From the NCBI RefSeq assembly GCF_009914755.1, contig NC_060936.1: a DNA stretch of 64,000 nucleotides; one strand, 5' to 3'. The position numbers and the translations under genes were made by a program. The DNA comes from the human T2T-CHM13v2.0 reference genome, Homo sapiens. Below are positions 13,208 through 28,400 of this stretch, piece by piece (positions within the stretch are counted from its first letter, which is position 1; each line of letters opens with the position of its first letter). The notes under the pieces were generated by a model, which worked only from the letters and a program-made list of their open reading frames with translations, had not been told where the DNA came from and did no database searches.

Positions 13208-14899
13208 ACATTAGGAGATATGGAAAGGGAGAATGAAAAATACATCAGGTCTAATCCAGCCAAACTAAAACCTGAACAACATTTTTCAGCACCTGGCTTA
13301 TCCAGAATCCAATGGCAAATAACAATGAAGAAATCACTCCATGTTAGACCCTTATAAAATGAGGTAGGAAAGAAAAGAGAAAATAGAAGAAAGGAGAGGA
13401 AGGGAAGATGGAAGGAAGGGAGGGTAGGGGAAGAATGGAAAAAGGAATGATTTAAAGGAAGGGCTTCTTGCTGAGAAGAATGCCCATACTTGTCCCATCA
13501 TATTTCCCATTACCCGTAAGACATGGGCAAGTGTTTTTCTTTCTTACCATGTTAACATTAAGACTTTTCTCAAAAAAGAAATCGAGTTGTACTGGCTGCT
13601 CATTGAACACAATCTCTTGAATTTCTTCAAACACTTAGGGTTGAAGAGGCAGAATGTCATACAAGCCTTACTTAGTTCCTGCTGATCTGGCTTACGTAGA
13701 CCAGCATGACTCTAGCTTATAAGCCATCCTGTGTAACATCATTTTTCACCATCTAGAACTTCTCAATTGTTCTCCTCTGTGTAAGTAACACCTTACCCCC
13801 TTTTTGAGATGATGATTCTATCTAAAGATCCTGTCTAGATGATACTTCAAATCTCATGTAGCCTGTTTTTCACCCCATCATATGATTTTCCTACATTTTC
13901 TTCCTGCTGATAGCTCAAAAACCAAGCCTCCAAAATATCCCAGATGTTATCTACATTCAACAGCAATAATTCCAAATATTATTGAGCTCATGTACCTGGC
14001 ACTCTGATGACTTGAAAATAGTATTATTTCATTTACAACATATTGCTGCCTTGATTTTTTCTAACTAGGTTAAATAATTACTAGAACTGAGACTGGGATT
14101 CAGTTTTGCCTGACACTACATTGCCTCTTTAGTATGATGCACATCCATGGATTGTTAGCCTTGATTTGGCTGATGTGACCGGCTAGGCAACTGGTATCTT
14201 CTCTCACCCACCTGTGTGGATTCCTGAAAGCTGTGCACTCAGATGAAGAAATTGATAAGAGCCATTATTTCATCAAGGGTTATTGAGATGCTGAACTCCT
14301 CTGGTGGGAAGCACACCATAGGATGCTTTAACTCTACAAAGCAAAAAAAAAAGAACATCCTCTCTTCTGCTAATTACACGGTCTTACTACCATGCTATAG
14401 AAATAATCTAAGGATCAACTTTATCTGAGGGTGTTATGTCAACATTTATTGACAGTCTACTTTATATTAAGTTCTATTCTTGGAACTTTAAAGAAAGCCA
14501 CACGCATTGGACTATTATTACTCTAGTGCCCATAGAAGTACTTTATTGGGTCAGGTTTTTTTTTCCTTTTCTTCTAAAATCACATTTGGACCTGCCCATC
14601 TCAGCAATAGCATACTTTTTAAAAGGTCATGTGAAAATATGTACATATCCTTTGATAAACTGCTATCAAATAAACTTTCACTTAAGCTATTGATTACCTA
14701 CTATGTTCAAGCCCTCTATTAAAATACAAAAGAAAAGCCATATGCCAGGACTATATTTCTTCTTTTATTGCTTGGGCCACATTCTTTACCTTTTATTTGT
14801 AAATTACTTCAAACCTGTTTTAAAAGTAAGCAAGTACAAAAAGAAAACGTGGCATGGAATTGAGATACACAGTCAGGGCTATTTACAGAGCCCATAAAC

Positions 14900-15260
14900 T
14901 GTGTTCATTAGTTCATTCAGTCACTCAACAAATTTTTTTTGAAATATTTGAATGCATATGAGCCCAGCACTGTATTAGGTTCTGGGATTACACTGATATA
15001 AAATTTGCAGTCTATTCAGAACTGCAAATTTTTAAATTCTTGTTTATTAAATATTTGACAATTTTTTAAATTAGAAATCTTTGAATTTTGTCATACTAAG
15101 TATTTCACTTGGTTTATTGTCTGTCTCTTCCCATTGGAATAAACGCTAATTTTGTGAGGGTTAAGATTTTTGTCTGTTTATCTCTAGCACTTAGAACAAT
15201 ACTTGGCACATGGTAGGAAATCAAAAAATATTTCAAAGAATAAAAGAATGAATGAAGGTT
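14900..15260. mobile_element. two L2 3'-end fragments in opposite orientations
   Basis: ttcattcagtcactcaaca...cagcactgtattagg and agcacttagaacaatacttggcacatggtagg...gaatgaatgaa resemble the L2 tail. Confidence 0.6.
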
Positions 15261-16859
15261 GAAAGGCGCAAATACTTTTCCTCTACATACGTATATTGGC
15301 ACACTAACAAATATACATATTTCTTTGATAAGACAGATTTCTCCCCTGAGTTGGCAATTTTCTTAATGATCACTACATACTTTTTATATCAATAAACTAA
15401 AGGATTACTGGTATATGAAACTAATGTCAGGTTAAACATGATTACCTTTTGAAAATCCTATGTGATAAGTTAGACTTGCCCAGAAATAAATTGTTTTTAG
15501 CCACAATAATATTTTTATTATAAAGGCAAGCCTTATTTTCATTCCTATATTCATTTATTTTACCTCCCAAACTATAACACAATTAAAATAGTCTCTAAGA
15601 TCTGATCATGTAGCCAAAGTGGATAATGTTATTTTACCACACCCAAGTAAAGATTCCTGCTAGTAGGAAAGACTGGTTATTGTCCTTTAGATGGTATCAT
15701 CATAGCTGAATCATGAATCAACGAAAGCTTTTGTATGTTGAACTTGTATTTTTTTCCTACACTAAGTTAAATACATTTTCTTGTCATGGCAGATGAGTTG
15801 GACAGAATAGTGTCTGTCATACCTGAGTCAGTTCCCCACTCCTTTCCCTGACTGCCACATTCAACTCTATAATAAAGCCTAGGAATGCATTTTCAGTAAT
15901 TTTTTAAAACCACATTTTCCCCTCAGATGACCTATGATAGCTGTGATTAAGCACTACATTTTCCTTACAATCACTCTGAACAATTCCCTTTCAGTTCACC
16001 ATGGCGTTATGAGCTTGATATATTTGCTATGTTGGTTCAGAAGAATGCAGAATTGTGTTAAAAACCAAAAAAATCAGATTTACAAACCCCATCTCTTATA
16101 ATTCTACATATTAAATTTTCAGTGGGGTTTCAGACCTCTGTGAATGTGTGAGACCTTATTATTGAGTTTTTTCCTATCCCATCAAGAAGGGCTAGTTACA
16201 TACCCCAGTAGATAAAACCTCAAATGCAAGCAACATTGCATTGTTTGTTAGAAACACATCATTGGATAGGACTTGGAAATCATAGTTGCTGTCTTGTTCT
16301 TGGCAGGAAGACTGTTTGAATGGAGCCTAACTCAGGCTCTAATAGAAGTTGCTGGAAGAATAAAAGTGGGCAACGTTTCTGGCAGAATGCCAAGGGTAGT
16401 GGAAACTACTTTCATCTTATAAACTGGAGATAATAGAGCAGAATGACCTTAAGGGGTGCTTTTAAAAGGGACATCAGACCACCCTATGCTTAACGAGGTA
16501 TCACACTTTTGATTTAGAGGATGATTCAAATAATTAGGGCTTCAGTGCATGTATAAATAATGAAAATCAGGGGAAAATTGAGTGCTTTAACAACTTCAGG
16601 AGACTATTCCTTGTTGTCACTCAGCCAACCATCAGCACATTGTACATTCCAAGTCCCCTTGGGAATATTGCCCATTCATTAGATTCTTCCAGTTGCTCCT
16701 CAAAGAAACGTTATCATTATGTTCTACTGAACCAAAGAAAAACAGATTGTAAGGCAAAGCCACAGGCTTTATATCAAGAAGAAACACCTGAATTGCAACC
16801 TGTTGGCTTCCAATTTTCGCTGAGTTTGTTTAGGAACTGAGGACTATATTTATCTTTTG

Positions 16860-17100
16860 TCTTGAATATATATTGGCAATGTGGGCTGTGGAAAGAGTGA
16901 GTCAAGAAGCTAGATTTTAGTTTTGGCTCTTCCTTTTACCAGCTGGTTTTATAAACTCAGAAAAGGCACAAAACGTCTTAGAGTCTGACTTTATTCACAT
17001 TTAAGATGGGAATAGCATTAGTGTACACTCCATCGGGCTGTCATAAGAATCAAATGAAGTAATACAGGTAAAGTTGCTTTATAAGCTAGAAAGCCCTATT
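16860..17100 (+). mobile_element. MIR SINE (degraded)
   Basis: MIR core-like: gtggaaagag...ttttggctct...tctgactttattcac...atcaaatgaagtaataca. Confidence 0.6.
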
Positions 17101-17189
17101 GAAATATTTAGTTCAGTGCATATATTATATTTAACCATTATTCTAGGTAGAAATACATAGATCTTGATTTAAATTGCTCCCTTCTCAAA

Positions 17190-17816
17190 CACTTTTACGC
17201 TGCTGTTGGAAATGTAAATTAGTACAACCACTTTGAAAAATAGTAGAGAGATGCCTTAAAGAACTAAAAGTAGATGTACCATTCGATCCAGCAATCCCAC
17301 TACTGGGTATCTACCCAGATGAAAAGAAATCATTGTATGAAAAAGACACATGCACACACAGTTTTGTAGCAGCATTATTCTCAGTTGCAAAGATATGAAA
17401 TTAACCTAAGTGCCCATTGACCAACAAGTGGATAAAGAAAATGAGGTATATGTAAAACATGGAATACTACTCAGCCATAAAAAGAGATGAAATCATGTCT
17501 TTTGCAGCAACTTGGATGGAGCTGGAGGCCATTATTCTAAGTGAAGTAACTCAGGAATGAAAAACCAAATATCGTATGTTTTCACTTATAAGTGGGAGCT
17601 AAGCTATGAGGACGTAAAGGCATAGAATGACATAATGGACTTTGGGGACTTGGGGGGAAAGGATGGAAGATGGGTGAGGGATAAAAGACTACATATGAGG
17701 TACAGCGTACACTTCTTGGGTGATGGATGCACTCAAATCTGAGAAATCATCACTAAAGAACATATCGATGTAACAAAAAACCACCTGTACCCCCAAAACT
17801 ATTGAAATTAAAAAAA
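17190..17816 (+). mobile_element. 5'-truncated L1 3' end (L1PB-like)
   Basis: ORF2 tail (gatccagcaatcccactactgggtatctaccc) plus 3'UTR ...aaccacctgtacccccaaaactattgaaattaaaaa. Confidence 0.85.
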
Positions 17817-19289
17817 TTACTTCTCAGACATTCAGATTAGCATTTTGTAACACATTGGGACAATTAGACAATGAAAATGACCTTAAGACTGAAGATTTTT
17901 GTCTGGCTTTTTACTCTCTCAATATTTTCCTTCTTTTACCTGAAAAATGTTAGTATTGTATAAATCAGTTCAGGAAATACCATCTTACCTGATTCCCAGC
18001 ATGAATACCATATTGAATATCTTTTAATAAAGGGTAGCGAATTGATTTGTAACAGGGTTTTGAAAATAGCTGCTATTATCTAAGCATCTTTGTTTGGACA
18101 GCAATTTCAGCTGTGGCTATTACAATCCCTGTGGCATCCCATGAGTCAGCAATGTTCAGTTTTGGGGAGAGTCAGTTTGACCCTTTGGGTAACCATGGTA
18201 TCTAAGGACTTCTCAGACATAACAAACTTCGAGGCTGGGGTCAGAATAGAGAGATAAGAATTAACAGTGGAGGAATCAGAACCAAAGGGCATGAGTCAGG
18301 ATAGTCAGCAAATACACTGTGTCATAGGAAAGGGGGAAAAAACCCAAAGCTCTTAACTGGGGAGATTAAATAAGGCAACAGGATAGCAGAAAGAAAGAGG
18401 AGAAATATCAAATCATATAGAGACTTTCATTTAAAGTTACTATTTGTATGTACATCTGTCTGAACATATTGAAGTTTTGATATACCCTACCAAAGGATTT
18501 TTCAGCCTACTAATTCTTAGAAATGAGGTCCCATCTAGGTGGGAGAAGCTGAAAGGACATGGATTGGTAAGATCTGATCAAGGTCTGAATTTTTCCAAAT
18601 AATGCTTGTCTGCCTTAGGGACTGTAATTTTTTTCCCACTGCAGCCAACTCCATGGCTATAAACAGCATAAATTCCATCCTGAAAGTTTCTGTATCTGGG
18701 TGATATTTGGAATTGGAATTGTGGAGAGGAGAGTATCTTAAAGTCCAAGGATCTTTGCTAATGCACACAGGCCTACCTAGCTTGGAGCCTTAATTCTCAC
18801 TGTCATGAAGATTTATGTTAGGCCTGGAAAGAATTAATGAGATTAATAATTCAGCTTATCATTTATTTACTGAACTGAATTCTATAGGCTATATAAATAT
18901 GAAAAAGACACTGTCTTTTCTTTCCCTTGAAGGGTTTACAGACTTGTGTGTGTGGGAATTAGGCTTATATAAAATAATGACGGCCTCCTTTTTTACTCCT
19001 CAGAGTAAAATCAAATATTTATGGGAGGAGTAAATTGAATACAAAATGCAATCATATGCAGTGTTATTTCTCCAGTAAGAAAGAAAAGATAAGTAAAACC
19101 TTCAGCTCCTTTTAATGGCACCGGGCTTCCAACAGAGAAGCAAATAGCCCAATGTGCCACAGCGCAGTAATACTTATTCCTAAAGAGGGGGCATAGCTCT
19201 GTTAATATGAGTATTCTTTTATCAATAATGATTAGAATGGACCATCCCTAAGAGAAGTTCATATTTTAGAGAGATTACCTACTTAGCAG

Positions 19290-19870
19290 ATACCGTTGGT
19301 TACCTCACATCTTTTCTGGCACATCTTTCTTCCTTCCTAATAGGACCCTGATTTTGCTCAGGCATTCCCCACTTCTCCATGTGATGATATTCTTTGGGGT
19401 GGGCAGGCCCCAGCTCCAACTTTCAGCCCTGGCAATTCCAGAGTCCTGGCTGGTTTAAACCGATTATGGTGGTCCTAACCCCTTACCAGTGATTTGTTAA
19501 GCATAGGTATGTGATCTAACTCTGTTCAATACAATCTTGGCTGGAGAAGTGCTGAGGGATTCTGGGAAGAGTTTCTTTGCTCCTCAGAGAAACATAGAGC
19601 GTCCGCTCTTCCTCCTGTAGACACTGTTGTACCAGATATGACGCCTGGATTTGTGGCAGCCATCTTGCTCTCTGCCTGAGTACGAAGCTAACATTCAGAG
19701 GAAGGATGAGCCTGGAGGATCTTAGAGAAGCAGAGTTTTGACTTCATTTATGTGATGCCTGGTGATTGACTTACCTATGAAATTTTGTCATGAGAGATAA
19801 TAAATGTTATAAATATTAAGCCACTTTGAGTTGAGTTTTGTTATTTGTAGCTAAGACATTTCTAACAGGT
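19290..19870 (+). mobile_element. old MaLR LTR (MLT1J/K/L-like)
   Basis: ggcagccatcttg...gagagataataaatg...ttaagccact...gttttgttatttgtagc resembles an MLT1 3' end. Confidence 0.65.
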
Positions 19871-20910
19871 GGTTACCTAGTGAGGGAACTGGAGACTCCA
19901 TAGCTGTCACTGGTGTTCTGTATTTGGAGTTTAGTTGAAGAACCCACCTTCACCCTTGCTCATACCTGAAGCCCATCTTTCACCCAGAGGCCATGAAATT
20001 GAGCAGAGGTAAATGTCAAAGGTGACCTAATTGAAGTCTAGGATACGCCTTGAGTTGGAGAATTCTAACTATCACACTTTATCCAAATATCACACTTTAT
20101 CCCATGGAACTGGTGATGTTTTTCTGGAGAAAGACTTGGAGTTGGTTGGTCTGGGAGGCTTGAGAAGGTTGATGTATGCAGAAATCTGCATTTTAAAATG
20201 CCTTCCCTACTGTGACACAGTGAAAGTCCAAATTAGTCAAAATTATGTTTTTTAATCCTCCTCTCTGATAATGCTTGTTGCAATGCCTGAGTAAAGTACT
20301 TTGAATATGTATTATAGTCTTGTGTGTTAGGCCGGTAAAAACTGTAAGACAGTGGGCTAGGAGTTGAGGTTTTTCCTCAATTTCATAGTCTTTAAGGCAC
20401 TACTAACTGCTTTTTTCATTGGATAGACTATGCCATATCATAGCAATGAAAGTGACCCACAAACTTGGAGTCACCAGGGAAGACAGAGCATATTTCATTT
20501 TTTTTCTAGGACACCGTTTTTCCCCCCCTAACATATTAACCTCTCTAAAATTACGCCGCACCTCACAATTGCTGTTGGCCAAGTGGCAGTCACAAGGGAG
20601 TTGTAATTGCCTATTCACATGCACCAAAACTCATAGAATTGGCTCCAGTGGCTTGGAAGAAACTCCTAAAGATTATAGTGGAGCACTCTTAAGAAATGCT
20701 ATATCACTAACTGCCTCGGCCCAACGGATGATATTGCATATGTAAACATGGACACGATTGATTCTGAGTCTGAAGGTCATTCAGAAAAGCCAGACTCCGA
20801 ATGTGAATAACTTAACCAATACATTTTATGATGAAAACTTATGTCTATATGTTTAACAGAGTTTTCCCATGAGTAAAAACATAAAAATTTCAAGTTATAA
20901 GAACATACTG

Positions 20911-21227
20911 GGTCAAGTGTGGTTGCTCATGCCTGTAATCTCAGCACTTTGGGAGGCCGAGGCAGGATTGCTTGAGCCTAGTAGTTTGAGACCAGCCTAG
21001 GCAGCACAGCAGGACTCCATCTCTACAAAAAAAATTTAAAATTAGCCTAGTGTGGTGGCACGTGCTTGTAGTCCCTGCGGCTCAAGAAGCTGAGGTGAGA
21101 GGATCCCTTGAGCCCAAGAGGTCGAGGCTACAATGAGCTATGATTGTGTCACTGCACTCCAGCCTGGGTGTCAGAGCAAGACTTTGTCTCAAACAAAACA
21201 AAAAAACCCAACCAAACAAAAAAAAAT
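20911..21227 (+). mobile_element. AluJ
   Basis: Dimeric Alu with ggattgcttgagcc and gaggtcgaggct J-type positions and an A-rich tail. Confidence 0.92.
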
Positions 21228-21337
21228 CCACATTGCATCATAGCTCCATTGGCATCATTACAAAATTATTTTAGCGGTATGTGAAATAATGCTGCATCTA
21301 TAGTTGATAACATCTTAGATTCAATGAAAGATGGTGA

Positions 21338-21690
<353 letters not shown>

Positions 21691-23194
21691 AACCAAATGC
21701 TTCTTATGCCATCCTTGCCAGGAGATCCTTTCCTCTGAGCATAGTCAACTCTCCGTCGCTCTTTTTTGAATCAGTATCTCAAGTGGCTACTCCTGATTGA
21801 CTAGATTCAGTCACATGACAGCTTCCTAGCTGTGAAGGAATCTGAGGATATGATTTGTAATTTCTGTGGTGGGGAGATGAGATTCATGACATGAGACTAT
21901 CTCAAATTGTAGAAAGGTAGGCACACTTGAATAAAGAAATAACATATGACATGGGCTTCAAAGGTTAGGTGCCATTTTTAACTAGTAGAGATGAGTAGGG
22001 AAAATATTTTTTGTGGAAAAATTGGCATGAAGTCAGAAAAACATTGCCTATGTTTGAGGATAAGAAAGGAGTGTGACACACTAATGGGAATTGTAGGAAA
22101 GGTCTGCTGGAGCCAGACGGTGGCAGGGTTTCAGGCTTAGGAATTTCTGTATTCCAAGGGCCATATGGAACCATTAGGCGTGGGGAGTGGAAGATTCTGT
22201 GGTTGCTTTAGTCTCAGATAATCCATGGACTCCAGCATACCAAGGACTGGATTGGTTCAATGATACTCTTGGGAACTTAGAAGGGATCTGCCTTTAAACT
22301 GAGATTTTCTTTGTAAATATATTTTCTAAGGTTCTAAAAAATATATACTTAATTAGATACCTCAGCTCCTTTTTAATGAAATGCTCACACTGTGTGATTA
22401 TTTTCTAAAACAGTCATTGTAGGATTTGGTATGGATGTGGGCTGTATCCTTCATGCATTTCCTGACCCTTTCTTCTACCCTCTAGCAAGAGAATTTGAGG
22501 TGGTTTGAGGTTTGGAAGAAAGGTTGGAAGGCACATGCTCGAGCATGCCAGTCTTCACTAATTGAGCGAGTGTTGACATAACAATTTCTTCCTTTTCTCT
22601 TTGTTCTTTTCTCCTCTTGGCCTTCAAACCATAATTCTTATTTTATAAGTGTAAAATCTGTTAAGTGAAGTTCCACTGTGATGGGAAATGGATATAGGCA
22701 AAGGGTTATATCTAAACTTGAAAGAGCTAAATCCAGTCACTTCAATAAGGCAGAAGAGCTGGCTCATATACTCATTACCAGCTTAGCTCTCTACAAAGGC
22801 TGTGCTGGGAGAAGGAGTGAATCACAAGGTTTTTGTTATCAATAAATCAAGTGGTTGATGCTGCTATAGCTTTGTGATTTTTTTTCTGTTAGTACTTTCA
22901 AAAAACAAGCCACTGTACATAAAATGTATTATGTACATTTTATTCTTTTTAAAGTATACTGTTGATAGCAGCCACTAACTCTGAGCCTATGATATAAAAA
23001 GCTGATGCGATTAGCAGTCTCTATGCCATACACAGTGTCTTTTTGTTCTTTAGTGTTGCTGCTACTTGCAATGGCTGTTGTTATTTGTAAATTGCATCTT
23101 AGCTTTACGATCTACCTGATTGTTTTGCTTCCAGAATCACTTATTGCATCAGTTAGCTTTCGCAGTAGACAAAGCATCCAAAAAATAAGGGCTT

Positions 23195-23590
23195 AATACT
23201 ACAACCACTTATAATTGCTCATGAACTACAAGTCAGTTTGGTGCCTCTGCTGATCTAAGCAGACGCACAAGTAGCTAGGCTCACTCATGTGCCTGTGGTC
23301 AGCTGGTGACTTAGCTGTGGACTCTGTGTGAATGAGGATGTGTCTGGTGGTTGTCTCACTGTTTGCTGGGAAGATGGAGGTGACTGGGCCACATGTCTCT
23401 CACCATCCAACAGTTTGAAAGCTATCAGGTCTGTTAAGGCCCCGGTGCAGAACTCTCATGCTGTAACTTCCTCTACATTCTGTTGGTCTCCATAAGTCAT
23501 ATGACCAGCCCAGATTCAAGAGGTAAGGAAATAGACTCCACCTCTTGATGGAGGAGCTGAAAAGTATTTTGGCTGTTTTCTCAATCACAA
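23195..23590 (-). mobile_element. MaLR LTR (MLT1F/G/H-like)
   Basis: acattctgttgg...aagtcatatgaccagcccagattcaag...aaatagactccacctcttgatgg. Confidence 0.7.
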
Positions 23591-23889
23591 TCACTTTCTC
23601 TCAAGGTAGAGTGACTGACTGGTATGCCTTCCCCTATAGTTTCCCAGTTGCAAAAATCTATGCTATGCAAAGTTGTTTCCCCTTGATTCACTTTGTTTAT
23701 GATGGATTCTCTCTGGTTATAGATTGAAAATTTTGCTCTCTTTCTTTCTCCTTAAACACTCAGTAACCCAGCTACTGTGGGTAGTGAAAAGAGCACTAAA
23801 GTTTTGGTTTTATTTTGATGTGTAAAGAGGCACTGAGAGAGTTCAAATTTCATCAACTGCAAATTGAGAGGAAAAAATCTTTTAATTCA

Positions 23890-24211
<322 letters not shown>

Positions 24212-25924
24212 CCCTTTTTCAACAAACTAAGTATAGAAGAAATTTATCTCAACATAATAAAGGCCATATGTGAAAACTCACAGCTAGCATTATACTGAAG
24301 GATGAAAAACTGAAAGCTTTTCCTCTAAGATCAGGAACTAGGCAAGGATGCCTACTCTTGCAACTCCTATTCAACATGCAACTGGAACCCCCAGCCAGAG
24401 CAATTAGGCAGGAAAAATAAATGAAAGGCATCCAAATCAGAACAAAAGCTGTAAAATTATATGTTTGCAGAGGACATGATCTTACATATAGAAAAAGACT
24501 CCACAAAACAACCCTTTTCGAACTAATAAACACATTTAGCAAAGCTTCAAGATACAAAACCAATATACAAAAATCAGTGGTGTTTCTATACACCGACAAC
24601 AAACTGAAAAGAAAATTTTTAAAAATCCCATTTGCAATAGCATCAAAAATAGTAAAATATTTAGCAATAAACTTAACTAAGGAGGTTAAAAACCTGTACA
24701 CTGAGCTAGAAGATACTGATGAGAGAAATTAAACACAAATAAGTGGAAAGACATCTCATGTACATGAATTGGAAGGCTTAATGTTGTTAAAATGTTCATA
24801 CCCAAAGTGATCTACAGATTTAATACAGTCCCTATCAAAATCCCAATGGTACCTTTTTACAGAAATAGAAAAACAACCCTAAATTTCATATAAAACCACA
24901 AAAGATCCTGAGTAGCCAAAGCAATCTTAAGAAAGGAGAACAAAGCTGGAGGCATCACAATTCCTGATTGTAAAACATATCACAAAGCTATGGTAATTAA
25001 AACATTATGGTACCAGCATAAAGAAAGATATGTATACCAATCAAACAGATTAGGGAGCTCAGAAATAAACCCATGCATACACAGTCAACTGATCTTTGAC
25101 AAGGGTTCCAAGAATACATGATGCGGAAAGGGTAGTATCTTCAATAAATGTTGTTGGGAAAACTTGATATCCATGTGCAAAAGAATGAAATTGGTCCCTT
25201 ACACAATACACAAAAAACACCATATACAAAAATCAACTAAAATGGAATTAAATATTAAAGTGTGAGACCTAAAACTAGTGAATAACTCCTAGAAGAAAAT
25301 GTAGGAGAAAAGCTTCATGACATTGGGCTCAGCAATATTTCTTTGGTATGACACCAAAAAACACAAGCAACAAAAGCAAAAACAGACAAATGGCACTGTA
25401 TCAAACTAAAAATCATCTGCATTGCAAAGGAAACAATCAAAAGAGTGAAAAGGCAACCTACAGAATGGGAGAAAAATATTTTCAAACTATACATCTGTAA
25501 GGGGTTAATATCCCTAACATATAAGGACCTCCTACAATTCAATAGCAAACCACAAATAACCCCGTGTTAATAATGGGCAGTGGATTTGAACAGACATTTC
25601 TCCGCAGAAGACAAACAAGTGGCCAAGAAACATATGTCAGGGCACTCAGCGGCACTCATCATCAGGTAAATGCAAACCAAAACCAGTGAGATATCACCTC
25701 ACACCTGTTAGGATAGCTATTATAAAAATAAAAAAGATAACAAATGTTGGTGAAGACATGGAGAAATTGGAACTCTTGTGCAATATTGATGGGAATGTAA
25801 AATGGGTTCAGCCTCAATGGAAAACTGTATATAGTTTCCTCAAAAAAATTATAAATAGGACTACCATGTGATCCAGGAATTCCATTTCTGGGTATACATG
25901 CAAAATAATTATAATAAGGATCTC

Positions 25925-26232
25925 TTTATTTTTAATTTTTTTTTTTGAGATGGGATTTCACTCTGTCACCCAGGCTGTGTAGTGCAGTGGCACAATCAGA
26001 GCTCACTGAAGCCTTGAACTCCTGGGTTCAAGGGATCCTCTTGCTTCAGACTCCTGAGTAACTGGGGACACAGGCACTCACCACCACACCCAGCTAACTT
26101 TTAAAACTGTTTTTGTGGAGATGAGGTCTCATTATGTTTCCCGGGCTGAATTGAACTCCTGGGCTCAAGCAATCCTCTCCCCTTGGCCTCCCAAAGTGCT
26201 GGGATTACAGGCGTGAGACACTATGCTCAGCT
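25925..26232 (-). mobile_element. AluJ inside the L1
   Basis: Reverse Alu dimer with TSD at(a/c)aggatctc. Confidence 0.9.
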
Positions 26233-26464
26233 GAAATCAGGATCTCAAAGAGATATCTGCACCCCCATGTTCATTGCAGCGTTATTCACAATAGCCAAGA
26301 TGTGGAAACAACCTAAATGTCCACTGATGGATGAATGAATAAAGAAAATGTGGTATACATACAAAATGGATACTACTCAGCCTTAAGAAGAAGAAAAACC
26401 TGCCATATGTGACAACATTAATGAACCTGGAGGATGTTAAGCTACATGCAATAAGCCAGTTACT

Positions 26465-26585
26465 GGCTGGATGTGGTGACTCACACCTGTGATACCGGCA
26501 CTTTGGGAGGCCGAGGCGGGAGGATGGCTTGAGCCCCACGGTTTCAAGACCAGCCTGGAAAACATAGTGAGATCCCTTAAAAACA
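26465..26585 (+). mobile_element. FLAM/Alu left monomer inside the L1
   Basis: Single Alu arm flanked by the aagccag direct repeat. Confidence 0.85.
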
Positions 26586-27879
26586 AAGCCAGCCACAATC
26601 AGACAAATACTGCATGTTTCCTCTTGTGCAAGGTATCTAAAATAGTTAAATTCATAGAAACAGAGAGTAGAATGGTGATTGCCAGGGACTGGGAGGGAAA
26701 GAAAAATGGAGAGTTGTTCAGCAGGTATATAGTTTAATTTATGCAAGATGAATATGTTTAGAGATCTTCTGTAAAACTTGGTGCCTATAGTTCGCAAGAC
26801 TGTATTGTGCACTTAAAAATTTGCCAAGAGGGTAGATCTCATGTGAAGTGTTTTTATCACAATAATAAGAAAAAACCCCAAACTTTTCCCTGCCTTTTTT
26901 ATAAGGTTGTGATAGGTGATGCAGTGATGGTATAATTCCCCTGACATTTTTGAAAAACAGTAAGGTACAATAAAACTACTTGGTTTCTATTATTATTGCT
27001 ATTTTAATACTGTTTAATACTGATGGAAAGCTTATACTTCAGAATCTTCTGGCGATGGCTGTGCCTTTGCCTTTTTAAGGATCACTCGTTGTAATTGACG
27101 AAACTATTCAGAAAGACAGTATAATGTATTTATTGCCATTATTTAATCAAACAACTATTTGCTAAGCTTCTATTGTGTATCCAGCAATGTTTTAGACACT
27201 GTGGGAAATGAAAACACTGTACTAGATGGACGTCATTCTTGTCTTAAAGCGGCTGAACAGTTTATTTAGAGAAATGAAGCTAGCATATAGAAGACAATTA
27301 GCAGGGAATGAAATAGTAATGAATCAGTAATAAGCAGGCTCAGAGCCCAGTTGGAGTTTGGAGAAGAGAAAGATCTTGGAGGTGTGAGTGTTTCACAAAA
27401 TCTTCCTGGAAAAAGTGGGACCTTGAGGAGTTCAGAAGAGCTGGCTAACCAGAGAGGAGAAAGGTGATTGCAACTGCTATGGCTACCCTATGGTTTTTTA
27501 GACTCTCCCGAACTATAAGGGCTTTCTTGATTTAGTTGTCAATTATTAGAAAGTATGTGGCTTAGAAGTAGAATTCCTTCTCTGTCCTGGAAGGGAATTT
27601 CTTCCAACTTGTAAGATTTCCTTGGTACAGGCTTATTCATGACCTTGGCCCCTTTAAGAGTACAGGATGTTTCATAGGATCTTGGCAGGCAGCATTATTT
27701 CTGACAGGAGTTTATCTCTGATCCAGAAGATGATCGTCAGAAATTGACATTGTTCTACGTTTCCAGAAGCTGTACAGTTACTAAGTAGATTTACCTAGAG
27801 ATGGACATCAATCAACAACTAAATTAATTGGCATCCTTTTCTCATAGTGTTTCTTTCTTTTTTCCTTCAACAGTTCCTT

Positions 27880-28400
27880 AACGCAGCGTTTCTCAAAGTG
27901 TGGCCTTTGGGCCACCTACACCAAAATCTACTGCATGTGCTGGTTAAAAATGTACAGGTTCCTGAAACCCATTCTAGGCCTCCTGAATCAATCCTTGAAG
28001 AGGGCTCAAGAATAAGCAATCGTGCAAACTTTCCAGATGAGGTTTTGCACACTAATGCTTAAGAATCATGTCTTAATGCTTGGTGAGCTTATAAATATTC
28101 TAATACCTGGTGTTCTCCTCCCAAACCCCTCAATGAAATAGAATCTCTGAAGTTGGGACTCAGGCATCAGTGTTTTTAAACCTTGAAGGTGATTGCCATG
28201 TGCAACTAAGGTTGACGACCACCAGCATAAGGCAGTTCTTTTCAAGATTTAATGTACATATGAACCACCTGGGGAGCTTATAAAAATATGATTCTGATTT
28301 AGGAAGTCTGAACTAGGTTTTAAATTTTGTATTTTTAATTACTTCTTAGATGATCCGGACGCTACCAGTCCATGAATCACAATTTGACTAGCAAGGGATT
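27880..28400. mobile_element. cluster of ~3 MER5A/B hAT-Charlie elements
   Basis: cagcgtttctcaaagtgtgg...gttaaaaatgtacaggttcctg..., gaatctctgaagttggga...ggttgacgaccacc, and cagttcttttcaag...cacctggggagctt. Confidence 0.7.
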
